Shown here: piece by piece, positions 11,179 through 19,034 of the stretch
Layout of the letters: every line of letters starts with the position of its first letter
Position numbering within the stretch: the stretch's first letter is position 1
Translations under genes and position numbers: made by a program
From: Candidatus Eiseniibacteriota bacterium
Lineage (GTDB): Bacteria > Eisenbacteria > RBG-16-71-46 > DASYSL01
Reading direction: 5' to 3'
Assembly: GCA_031431875.1 (NCBI GenBank)
Contig: JANPEF010000158.1
Span: forward strand, 1 to 21,253
DNA: 21,253 nt
Notes under the pieces: model-generated
Database searches by the model: none
What the model saw: only the letters and a program-made list of their open reading frames with translations
Told to the model about the DNA's origin: nothing

Positions 11179-11601
11179 ATGAGCCCGCTTCGATCCGCAA
11201 TCCTGTCTGCCCTCGGCGCGACTCTCGTCGCCACGCCCGCCTTTGCCTGGCCGACCGTCGACGTCACCGCCAGCGAGGTCCTGAGCGTCGACCCGCCGCG
11301 CGTCCGCACCACGTTCGAGATCGGCTCCTCCGGATACGAGCCCGGTTGCGGGCTGCAGTACGTCGAGATCACGCCGCTCGACCCCCAGGCGGTCCACATC
11401 TTCGCGTGCGGCGCACCGGCCGGCTGGCACTGCGGCGAGGCACTTCCCCTCGGCAGCGGTGCGATGTATTTCGCGAACCCCGACAACCGGCCCGGCCTCA
11501 CATTTTCGATCGTCACGGAGCAGGCGAGCCCCTGCATGAAGTTCTACTACCACGATCCGGTGCTCGCCCGTGTGCCGGCGCCCGAACTGAACTACCGCTA
11601 G
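11179..11601 (+). CDS. Secreted hypothetical protein (140 aa, 4 Cys)
   Basis: GGAGG at 11167-11171, signal peptide MSPLRSAILSALGATLVATPAFA, beta-rich mature region with CGAPAGWHC; followed by a terminator. Confidence 0.72.
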   Translation: MSPLRSAILSALGATLVATPAFAWPTVDVTASEVLSVDPPRVRTTFEIGSSGYEPGCGLQYVEITPLDPQAVHIFACGAPAGWHCGEALPLGSGAMYFANPDNRPGLTFSIVTEQASPCMKFYYHDPVLARVPAPELNYR

Positions 11602-11623
11602 GAGGCGCCGGGCCCGGAGCCGC

Positions 11624-11670
11624 AAACGAATCGACCCCCGGGGCCGAAGCCTCGGGGGTCGTGCTCGTTT
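11624..11670. terminator. Bidirectional terminator between two convergent genes
   Basis: AAACGA..CGACCCCCGGGGC-CGAA-GCCTCGGGGGTCG..TCGTTT hairpin with A and T flanks. Confidence 0.75.
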
Positions 11671-11685
11671 CAGCTCCGCCGAGTT

Positions 11686-12621
11686 CTACCGCCAGAGCGC
11701 CTTCACCCGGCCCCACGTCGAGACCTTCGCCGCCGTCGGGTGATCGGGGCGGAACGCGACGTCGACGATCTTGTCGCCCGGGTTCGGAACAAGGAAGTTC
11801 GGATTGAGCTCGACGTACGTCGTCGGGTCGAACTCGTGCACCTGCGTCGTCACGCCGTCGGCAATCAGGATGTTCCCGGTGTGCGGGCTGATGACGACGC
11901 CGTGCGGGCGCTGCCAGCCGGTGCCCGCGAAACTGCCGGTCAGGACCACGCCGTTGTACACGTAGCAGAGGTTCGGGCCCATCGCGGTGACCAGCATGCG
12001 GCCGCCCGGCAGGAACGCGACGTCGTTGGCGCGCGCGCCGAAGGGCAGGGGGATGATGTTGTACGGAATGCCCGTCACCTCGTCGAGCTCGAAGACCTGG
12101 TACGAGCCGTACGAGCAGACGTACAGGTGACCGTTCGGTCCGTACTCCATGTCCGCCGCCTCGGGCACCGGGAAAAGGATCCGGATGAACGCACCGGTCA
12201 CGCCGTCGTACTCGCGCACGTCGTTGGTGCTCCACGAGCCGATGAACACGTTCCCGGCCGAGTTGTAGATCCCGGCCCACTGCACGCCACCAGCGGGACT
12301 ATAGGTCTTGATGAAGTTGCCGTTCGTCGCGTCGTACTCGTCAACGCCGCCGCCAAAGGAGCCGACGAGCGCACGGTCGTTCGTGGCGCCGAAGTGGATG
12401 CCGAGGATTCCGGAGCCGTTGACGGCCGATGCGAAGTTACCGAGGTAGTTGCCGGTCGTCCCCGTGTAGGCGCGGGTCAGGTTCGAGGCGTCGCTGGTGA
12501 CGAAGAGGTCACCGATGCCTCCGGCGAAGGCGAAAGCCGGGCGGGCCGATGCGCCCGCGCCCAGGAGGATGCTGACGGCGAGCATGGACGAGAGGATCGA
12601 ATGCGTGCGCAAGCGGATCAT
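11686..12621 (-). CDS. Secreted NHL/Vgb-like beta-propeller protein (311 aa) with C-terminal TWGxxKxxWR tail
   Basis: GGAG 7 nt before ATG 12621; signal peptide ending ARPAFA; about 40-aa repeats (YDATNGNFI, YDGVTGAFI, GPNGHLYV, PHGVVISPHTGNILIAD); ends PTAAKVSTWGRVKALWR. Confidence 0.82.
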   Translation of the reverse strand: MIRLRTHSILSSMLAVSILLGAGASARPAFAFAGGIGDLFVTSDASNLTRAYTGTTGNYLGNFASAVNGSGILGIHFGATNDRALVGSFGGGVDEYDATNGNFIKTYSPAGGVQWAGIYNSAGNVFIGSWSTNDVREYDGVTGAFIRILFPVPEAADMEYGPNGHLYVCSYGSYQVFELDEVTGIPYNIIPLPFGARANDVAFLPGGRMLVTAMGPNLCYVYNGVVLTGSFAGTGWQRPHGVVISPHTGNILIADGVTTQVHEFDPTTYVELNPNFLVPNPGDKIVDVAFRPDHPTAAKVSTWGRVKALWR

Positions 12622-12690
12622 GAATGGGCTCCGAGGGCAGGGGGGGGCAACCACGACCTGCGTGCAGCTCGCCCGCAGGACAGGCCAAAG

Positions 12691-12719
12691 ACGATAGGTC
12701 GGCTCGCCCTCGACGTCAA
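12691..12719 (-). promoter_or_regulatory. Sigma70 promoter for the beta-propeller gene
   Basis: Minus strand TTGACG, 17 bp spacer, TATCGT. Confidence 0.7.
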
Positions 12720-12738
12720 GCAGAACTCGTTGTAGGAT
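12710..12738 (+). promoter_or_regulatory. Sigma70 promoter for citrate synthase
   Basis: TCGACG (12710-12715), 17 bp spacer, TAGGAT (12733-12738); leader hairpin at about 12747-12770, then an AAGGAG SD. Confidence 0.6.
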
Positions 12739-12814
12739 ACGGAGGTCCGGGGGTGCCAGGCGCCCCGGAAACCCGTTCGCCGAGCTCACCCGAGGCCCAA
12801 GGAGTCCGCACCCC

Positions 12815-14125
<1,311 letters not shown>

Positions 14126-14128
14126 ACC

Positions 14129-15796
14129 CTAGAAGGGGTAGCCGGCGGCGAGCAGCTTCGCGAGCTCCCTGTCGAGACCGTAGACGTCGGGGTACAGGTG
14201 CAGGCGACCGTTCTCTTCGGCGACTGCGGTGGCATAGACAATGAGCACCGGGATCGGCCGTTCCAGGTTCACCTGGAGCGGCCGTTCCGCATTCATGGCC
14301 ACCTCGATCTTCTCCTTCGTCCAGTCGGGCTGGTGGCGCAGCACGTGCTGCGCCAGCGCGACCGGATCGGAGACGCGGATGCAGCCGTGGCTGAAGTCGC
14401 GGCGCTCGGCGGCGAAGCGCCCCTGCGCGTTCGTGTCGTGCAGGTAGATCGAGTACGGGTTCGGCAGCATGAACTTGACGCGGCCCAGCGCATTGTCCGG
14501 GCCGGGCTTCTGCCGCACGCGCACGCCGCGGCCGATCGACGCGATCGCGGACGCCGTCGCTGGCACGACGGTCGAACCCTGCACCAGCTCGAAGTCGCCA
14601 CGTTCGAGGTACGCCGGATCGCGCTGCGCCTTCGGGCGGATCTCGCCGTTGGCGATCGACGCGGGCACATCCCAGTAGGGCCGGAAGATCAGGTATTTCA
14701 TCGTCTCGGTGAACAGCGGCGTCGCCGTGTCGAAGGCACGGCCGACCACGACGTCCATCGGCAGCATCTCCGCCTCGGAGTCATCCGCACCGGAGAACGC
14801 GTAGAGGCGGAAGGCGGGCACGTTGACGAGGATGGGCGGCTCGTCGAACGCGTGCGGCAGCCAGCGCCAGCGCTCGAGCGCGAGTTCGATCTCGACCACG
14901 CGATCGCCGATGGGGCGCTGCAGGCGCTGCCCCGTCCCCGGGCCGAGGACGCCGTCGACCTTCAGGCCCTGGCGCGCCTGGAAGTTCTTCACCGCGGCGA
15001 CGAGCGTCTCGTCGTACACGGTGTCGACGATGTCGGTGCGCGCCTGCGCCGCCGGCAGGTCGCCGAGCGCAAGCAACAACCTGCGGAGCCGCGCTCCGCC
15101 GGCATACGGTTCGCCGGGCTTGAGCACCTTCGGCAATCCGGGTAACGGCACGAGCGTCGTATCGCGTGCGAGCGTCCGGTAGCGCGCGAGCGCGCCGAGC
15201 AGCACGCGGTAGTGGCGCCACGGCGGCTGGACGCGGGAGACCACGCCGACGAGGTCGAGGCCGCGCGCGAGCGAGTCGACGGCGGAGACGGCATCAAACC
15301 GCGGACGAGCGATACGCAGTGTCTCGTGCACGCGATCGGGCTGCACGCGCCCGCGCGCGAGCGCCGTGACGAAGCGCAGCGCGCCGACGCTGAGCGCGAC
15401 GTCGAAGCGCGCCAGGCGTGCGGGATCGCGCTCGACACTTCCCGCGGGGGCGGCGGCCAGCGCACCCGCCTCGGCGACCAGGCGCTGGTCCGCGTACGAC
15501 GCCGCGGGAAGGCCCAGCTCGGCGGCACGTCCGAGGCACCCCAGCATGGCCTGCGCGGCCGCGCTCGGGCGACCGTCGACGAGCCAGCGCGGGCCACCGC
15601 CGCAGGCGACGAGCGAATCGACCGCGGCACCGACATCGGGAAACCGCCCGCCCTCGACCCACGGATGGCGACGCGAGGCAAGCAGCGTTGTGAGTGCGTC
15701 CGCAATCCCGGCAGGCGCGGCGGCGCCGGGTGCGGGAGCGGCGATGGCGAGCAGGAGCGTCAACGACAGGGCGAAGCGAATGGGGTGTCGGCGCAT
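14129..15796 (-). CDS. Murein L,D-transpeptidase, YcbB/LdtD-like (scaffold + PG-binding + YkuD domains)
   Basis: Signal peptide; PG-binding AVKNFQARQGLKVDGVLGPGT; LERWRWLP, ILVNVPAF, PYWDVPASI, RQKPGPDNALGRVKF; catalytic IYLHDT...FSHGCIRV. Confidence 0.93.
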   Translation of the reverse strand: MRRHPIRFALSLTLLLAIAAPAPGAAAPAGIADALTTLLASRRHPWVEGGRFPDVGAAVDSLVACGGGPRWLVDGRPSAAAQAMLGCLGRAAELGLPAASYADQRLVAEAGALAAAPAGSVERDPARLARFDVALSVGALRFVTALARGRVQPDRVHETLRIARPRFDAVSAVDSLARGLDLVGVVSRVQPPWRHYRVLLGALARYRTLARDTTLVPLPGLPKVLKPGEPYAGGARLRRLLLALGDLPAAQARTDIVDTVYDETLVAAVKNFQARQGLKVDGVLGPGTGQRLQRPIGDRVVEIELALERWRWLPHAFDEPPILVNVPAFRLYAFSGADDSEAEMLPMDVVVGRAFDTATPLFTETMKYLIFRPYWDVPASIANGEIRPKAQRDPAYLERGDFELVQGSTVVPATASAIASIGRGVRVRQKPGPDNALGRVKFMLPNPYSIYLHDTNAQGRFAAERRDFSHGCIRVSDPVALAQHVLRHQPDWTKEKIEVAMNAERPLQVNLERPIPVLIVYATAVAEENGRLHLYPDVYGLDRELAKLLAAGYPF

Positions 15797-15802
15797 GAGC
15801 GC

Positions 15803-15831
15803 ACGCTAGTCGATGCCCGCAGGCCCGGCAA
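15803..15831 (-). promoter_or_regulatory. Sigma70 promoter giving a probable leaderless transcript of the L,D-transpeptidase
   Basis: Minus strand TTGCCG, 17 bp spacer, TAGCGT, 6 nt, ATG (15796); no SD. Confidence 0.65.
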
Positions 15832-15844
15832 GCCCTCGGGGCAA

Positions 15845-16543
15845 CTACGCGGCTTCGCGAGCCTCGACGAGGTCGCGCAGGTGGGAGACCAACTCGAGCG
15901 CGCGCGCCGCATCGCGCGACAGCGTCGCAGCGGTGACCCTGGCATCGCCACTGCCGCGCGCGGCGCGCAGCGCTTCGCAACCCGAGGCGATACGGGCCAG
16001 GCGCTCCTCGAGTTCGCGCGCGACGCCGCCGCCGAGAAACGCCAGCGTGGCGAAGGCGCGCTCGTCCTCGGGGCCACCGAGGTCATGCGCGCGGCCCTCG
16101 TGGGCGTGCGGATCGAAGCCGCGAACGAGCGCCGCCAGGCGTTCGAGCGCGGGCTTGCCGCCGGAGCGGGCGACGCGATCGAAGGCGCAGACCACACCGG
16201 TGACGTGACCATCGGCCCCGAAGTAGGGGACGCCCCCGCACCAACGCCACTGTGTGCGCTCGTGATCGAGCGACGGCGGGAGGCCTGGCGCGGTCGCGAG
16301 GTCGGCGATCGCGAGCGGGTCGGTCTGCAGTGCGGCGAGCCGCGCAAACGCGCGGACGGCCTCGCCGTCGGGGCCCTCGGCCTCGCCGGGGGCGAGTCCG
16401 TGGAACGCCTCGACCGCGTCGCCGTTGCCCACCGTGAAGCGCGCGTAGGCGACCGGCGTGCACACGACCGCCGAGGCCGCACGGGCGAGATCGCTGGCGG
16501 CGAGTGCGATGGAGCCCTGTTCGGTGGGATTGTGGAGCTTCAT
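15845..16543 (-). CDS. GAF-domain protein with degenerate HisKA-like C-terminal helices (232 aa)
   Basis: DPLAIADLA...RWCGGVPYFGADGHVTGVVCAFDRVAR matches the GAF pattern RFYAG.PL...DG...G.LC..D..PR. The C-terminus LAFLGGGVARELEERL resembles an H-box with His replaced by Arg. Confidence 0.65.
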   Translation of the reverse strand: MKLHNPTEQGSIALAASDLARAASAVVCTPVAYARFTVGNGDAVEAFHGLAPGEAEGPDGEAVRAFARLAALQTDPLAIADLATAPGLPPSLDHERTQWRWCGGVPYFGADGHVTGVVCAFDRVARSGGKPALERLAALVRGFDPHAHEGRAHDLGGPEDERAFATLAFLGGGVARELEERLARIASGCEALRAARGSGDARVTAATLSRDAARALELVSHLRDLVEAREAA

Positions 16544-16648
16544 GCGCGGGTTATCGGCAGGAAGGTCCCGCTTCTGCAGGGAGACCGGGATCGGCCGGGA
16601 CGAGCGGGCAGGGGTGCCGCGGGCAGACAAATTCCTGACTTGCAGGGC

Positions 16649-16687
16649 AGTTCGATATCTGTTCAAATACTATTCGTGATTTGGGCA
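16649..16687. promoter_or_regulatory. Candidate CarH/LitR-type operator (11-bp-period degenerate repeats) in an AT-rich intergenic patch
   Basis: AGTTCG (16649), TGTTCA (16660), TATTCG (16671) and TGGGCA (16682) are exactly 11 bp apart. The reverse complement TGAACA fits the TnnACA core of CarH repeats; the other three are degenerate. Confidence 0.5.
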
Positions 16688-16759
16688 GGAGGCGCTCTTC
16701 GAGCCTTTGGGGATGAGAGGGAGCCCCTCCGGGGAGAAGTCCCGTCCTCCTCCCAAATC
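16678..16759. repeat. Long imperfect inverted repeat enclosing internal hairpins in the fasciclin leader
   Basis: GATTTGGGCAGGAGGCG pairs with CGTCCTCCTCCCAAATC, one bulge on each side; internal GCTC-TTC-GAGC and CCCC-TCC-GGGG. Confidence 0.65.
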
Positions 16760-16802
16760 CGCTGAACTCCCTCGGCCAACACTAACGAAGCGGAGCTCCA
16801 TC

Positions 16803-17306
16803 ATGATTCGCAGACTCTTCGTCACTCTGGGCGCCATCGCGGTCCTCACCGCCGCCATCGCACCCGCCGATGCCCAGCCGCGCAATCCGAACAAGGATCT
16901 GATCCAGACGGCCCAGGCCGCGGGTTCGTTCAAGACGTTGCTCAAGGCGATCCGCCTCGCCGACCTGCAGGGCACGTTGAAGACCGGCGGCCCCTTCACC
17001 GTCTTCGCACCGACCGACGAGGCGTTCGCCAAGCTTCCCCCCGAAACGCTGGCCGCGGTCCTCGCCGACAAGGCGCTGTTGCGCTCGATCCTGCTCTACC
17101 ACGTGGTCGACGGCGCGGTCTACGCGAAGGACGTCGTGGGGCTGAACTCCGCGCCGACGCTCAACGGCGCGTCCGTCGCGATCGCGGTCGTCGGCGAGGG
17201 CGTCGTGCTCAACGGCAACACGAAGGTGGTCGCTACCGACATTCAGGCCAAGAACGGCGTGATCCACGTCCTCGACTCGGTCCTCCTGCCGCCGGCGGGG
17301 CAGTAA
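16803..17306 (+). CDS. Secreted single fasciclin (FAS1) domain protein
   Basis: GGAG before the ATG; signal peptide ending APADA; H1 GPFTVFAPTDEAFAKL, ILLYHVV and H2 DIQAKNGVIHVLDSVLLP. Confidence 0.95.
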   Translation: MIRRLFVTLGAIAVLTAAIAPADAQPRNPNKDLIQTAQAAGSFKTLLKAIRLADLQGTLKTGGPFTVFAPTDEAFAKLPPETLAAVLADKALLRSILLYHVVDGAVYAKDVVGLNSAPTLNGASVAIAVVGEGVVLNGNTKVVATDIQAKNGVIHVLDSVLLPPAGQ

Positions 17307-17320
17307 CCCCCCGGTAGCGG

Positions 17321-17357
17321 GAATCGGCGGGCCGGTTCCCAACGCCGGCCCGCCTTC
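17321..17357 (+). terminator. Hairpin after the fasciclin gene (possible terminator)
   Basis: GGCGGGCCGG-N9-CCGGCCCGCC perfect 10-bp stem followed by TTCGTCCTT (weak U tract). Confidence 0.55.
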
Positions 17358-17361
17358 GTCC

Positions 17362-17390
17362 TTCACCCTTTCGCCCGTGACCGCTACTCT
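17362..17390 (+). promoter_or_regulatory. Sigma70 promoter giving a probable leaderless transcript of the CarH-like regulator
   Basis: TTCACC, 17 bp spacer, TACTCT, 7 nt, ATG (17398); no SD. Confidence 0.6.
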
Positions 17391-17397
17391 CGGGCTC

Positions 17398-18351
17398 ATG
17401 GTCTCCACCCGGAAGGCGGACGCAGTGGAAGGTCGGCTGACGATCGGCGCACTCTCGCGCGCCACCGGGATTCCGATCGAGACCCTGCGCACGTGGGAGC
17501 GCCGTTACGCGTTTCCCGTCCCCGCGCGGAAGCCATCGGGCCACCGCGTCTATCCGCTGTCGGCGGTTCCACGCCTGCGCCGCGTCGCCGAGGCGCTCGC
17601 CCGCGGACATCGCGCGGCCGAAGTCGTGCCCATCTCCGAGCGCGCGCTCGAGACGCTGCTCGAGTCCTTGCGTACGCGCACGCCCGCCGAGCCGTCGTCG
17701 ACTGTGGCCGCCGCGCTGCCGGTCGACGCTCCCGCCGAGATTCGCGAACTGCTCGCCGCCGTCGCCGAATTCGACGGTCCGGTCCTGCGCCGTCGCTTCG
17801 AGCAGGGGTGGATCGCGCGCGGTCCGATGAACTTTCTCGATTCGGTCGCCGCGCCGTTCCTGCGCGCGATCGGCAGCGCCTGGGAGCGCGGCGAGTTCGG
17901 CGTTCGCCATGAGCACTTCGCGTCGGCGCGCCTGTCGGACTTCCTGCGCGAGGCGCGCCGGTCGTTCGAGGACCGTGCCACGGGGCCGCGCGTCGCGCTC
18001 CTGACGCTGCCCGGGGATCAACACGAACTCGGGCTCCTCATGGCCTCGATCGCGTTCGCGCTGGAGGGCTGGCGCATCCTCTATCTCGGCCCGAACACTC
18101 CGATCGATCAGGCGGCCTCGCTCGCTCACGATGCCACGCTCGGAGCCGTGGCTGTGAGCGTGTCCGAGTCCTACGCTCCCGAGCAGGCCCGCGAGGAGTT
18201 GCGGGCGCTGCGTCGCCTGCTGCCGCGCGCCGTCCGTCTGGTGGCCGGCGGTGCGGGCGCCCAGCCGTTCGAGCTGCGCGGGACGACCTTCCTCGGCGAC
18301 CTCGAGGCGACAAGGGCCTGGGCCGCGGAATTCGGGGCGAAACTCGCCTGA
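17398..18351 (+). CDS. CarH/LitR-like MerR-family cobalamin-binding regulator (alternative start GTG 17377)
   Basis: MerR HTH with TLRTWERRY and R.PSGHRVY; Wx9EH motif (WERGEFGVRHEH); DxHxxG B12 motif (DQHELG); YLGPNTP and VAGGAG of the B12-binding Rossmann domain. Confidence 0.92.
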   Translation: MVSTRKADAVEGRLTIGALSRATGIPIETLRTWERRYAFPVPARKPSGHRVYPLSAVPRLRRVAEALARGHRAAEVVPISERALETLLESLRTRTPAEPSSTVAAALPVDAPAEIRELLAAVAEFDGPVLRRRFEQGWIARGPMNFLDSVAAPFLRAIGSAWERGEFGVRHEHFASARLSDFLREARRSFEDRATGPRVALLTLPGDQHELGLLMASIAFALEGWRILYLGPNTPIDQAASLAHDATLGAVAVSVSESYAPEQAREELRALRRLLPRAVRLVAGGAGAQPFELRGTTFLGDLEATRAWAAEFGAKLA

Positions 18352-18399
18352 ACCCCGGTCGCCGAGGCCGCCCCACGCCGTTCCGCACAAAAACCTGCA

Positions 18400-18428
18400 T
18401 TGACCCCCGGGGCTTTCCGGCCGATCCT
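18400..18428 (+). promoter_or_regulatory. Sigma70 promoter giving a probable leaderless transcript of the Cys-rich ORF and efflux operon
   Basis: TTGACC, 17 bp spacer, GATCCT, 6 nt, ATG (18435); A-rich CAAAAA upstream; no SD. Confidence 0.65.
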
Positions 18429-18434
18429 CATCCC

Positions 18435-18923
18435 ATGCGCTCGCTTCGTCTCGGGGCCCGCTGGGCGTCCTCCGCCCTGGCGGTCCTCCTCCTCGCCAGT
18501 TCGCTGACCTGTCTCACCGCTGCCTGTCGCACGTTGTGCGGCGGGGAGCCGGCGGCGGCTGCGCTCGCGAGCGGCTCGACCGAAACCACGGCTGCGCCGG
18601 AAACAAAACTCCCGCCCTGTCATCGCCCCGCCGCTGCCGGCGGAGCGACCGCACCGGCCGGTGGCTGCAAGGTCGGCAGCCCGTGCTGCGCCCAGTGGCT
18701 CAACGACCACGCGACATTGCAGATGACCGACCCCGATCCGCTGCGCACGCTGCTGCCGACCGGAGCGACGACGCACGTGGCAACCCTGGCGACGATTTCG
18801 CTCGCATTCGCGATTGATCCGCCCGGTCTCGAGTACGTCGAAGATTCAGAAGACCTGGCTCCGCCTGTACCCCGCGCCGCCACCGGCACGCGCGGCCCGC
18901 CTCGCGTCGCCCTCGCGGCCTGA
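18435..18923 (+). CDS. Exported Cys-rich protein with C-terminal RGPP (DUF2946/CruR/CutF-like candidate arrest-peptide leader)
   Basis: Hydrophobic N-terminus; CRTLC, PPCH, CKVGSPCC; ends APPVPRAATGTRGPPRVALAA; directly upstream of a tolC-family gene. Confidence 0.72.
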   Translation: MRSLRLGARWASSALAVLLLASSLTCLTAACRTLCGGEPAAAALASGSTETTAAPETKLPPCHRPAAAGGATAPAGGCKVGSPCCAQWLNDHATLQMTDPDPLRTLLPTGATTHVATLATISLAFAIDPPGLEYVEDSEDLAPPVPRAATGTRGPPRVALAA

Positions 18924-19034
18924 CGCCGCGCTCGCGCGTCCTTTCGACTCCATCGCACGACCACCGCCGCGCCCGTTCCACGCGTCGGACTCCGTTCGTC
19001 TGCACCCCGTCCCGCACACGCGGGGGGAGGTTCG

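Noticed and set aside
10938..12621. Genomic island integrated at tRNA-Arg or tRNA-Pro
   Set aside because: No integrase and no duplicated tRNA 3' end. The CCCCCGGGG matches near 11635 and 18404 are only 9 bp of GC-rich near-palindrome.
16678..16800. Cobalamin riboswitch, given the nearby B12-binding regulator
   Set aside because: It lacks the GGGAA..GGTG.AA.TCC and GCCCCCGC.ACTGT-type core elements; kept only as an unclassified structure.
18973..19000. AlgR-like CCGTTCGTC at 18992-19000 as a second LytTR site before tolC
   Set aside because: Single good copy; the partial partner is 19 bp away rather than 21, and no promoter follows.
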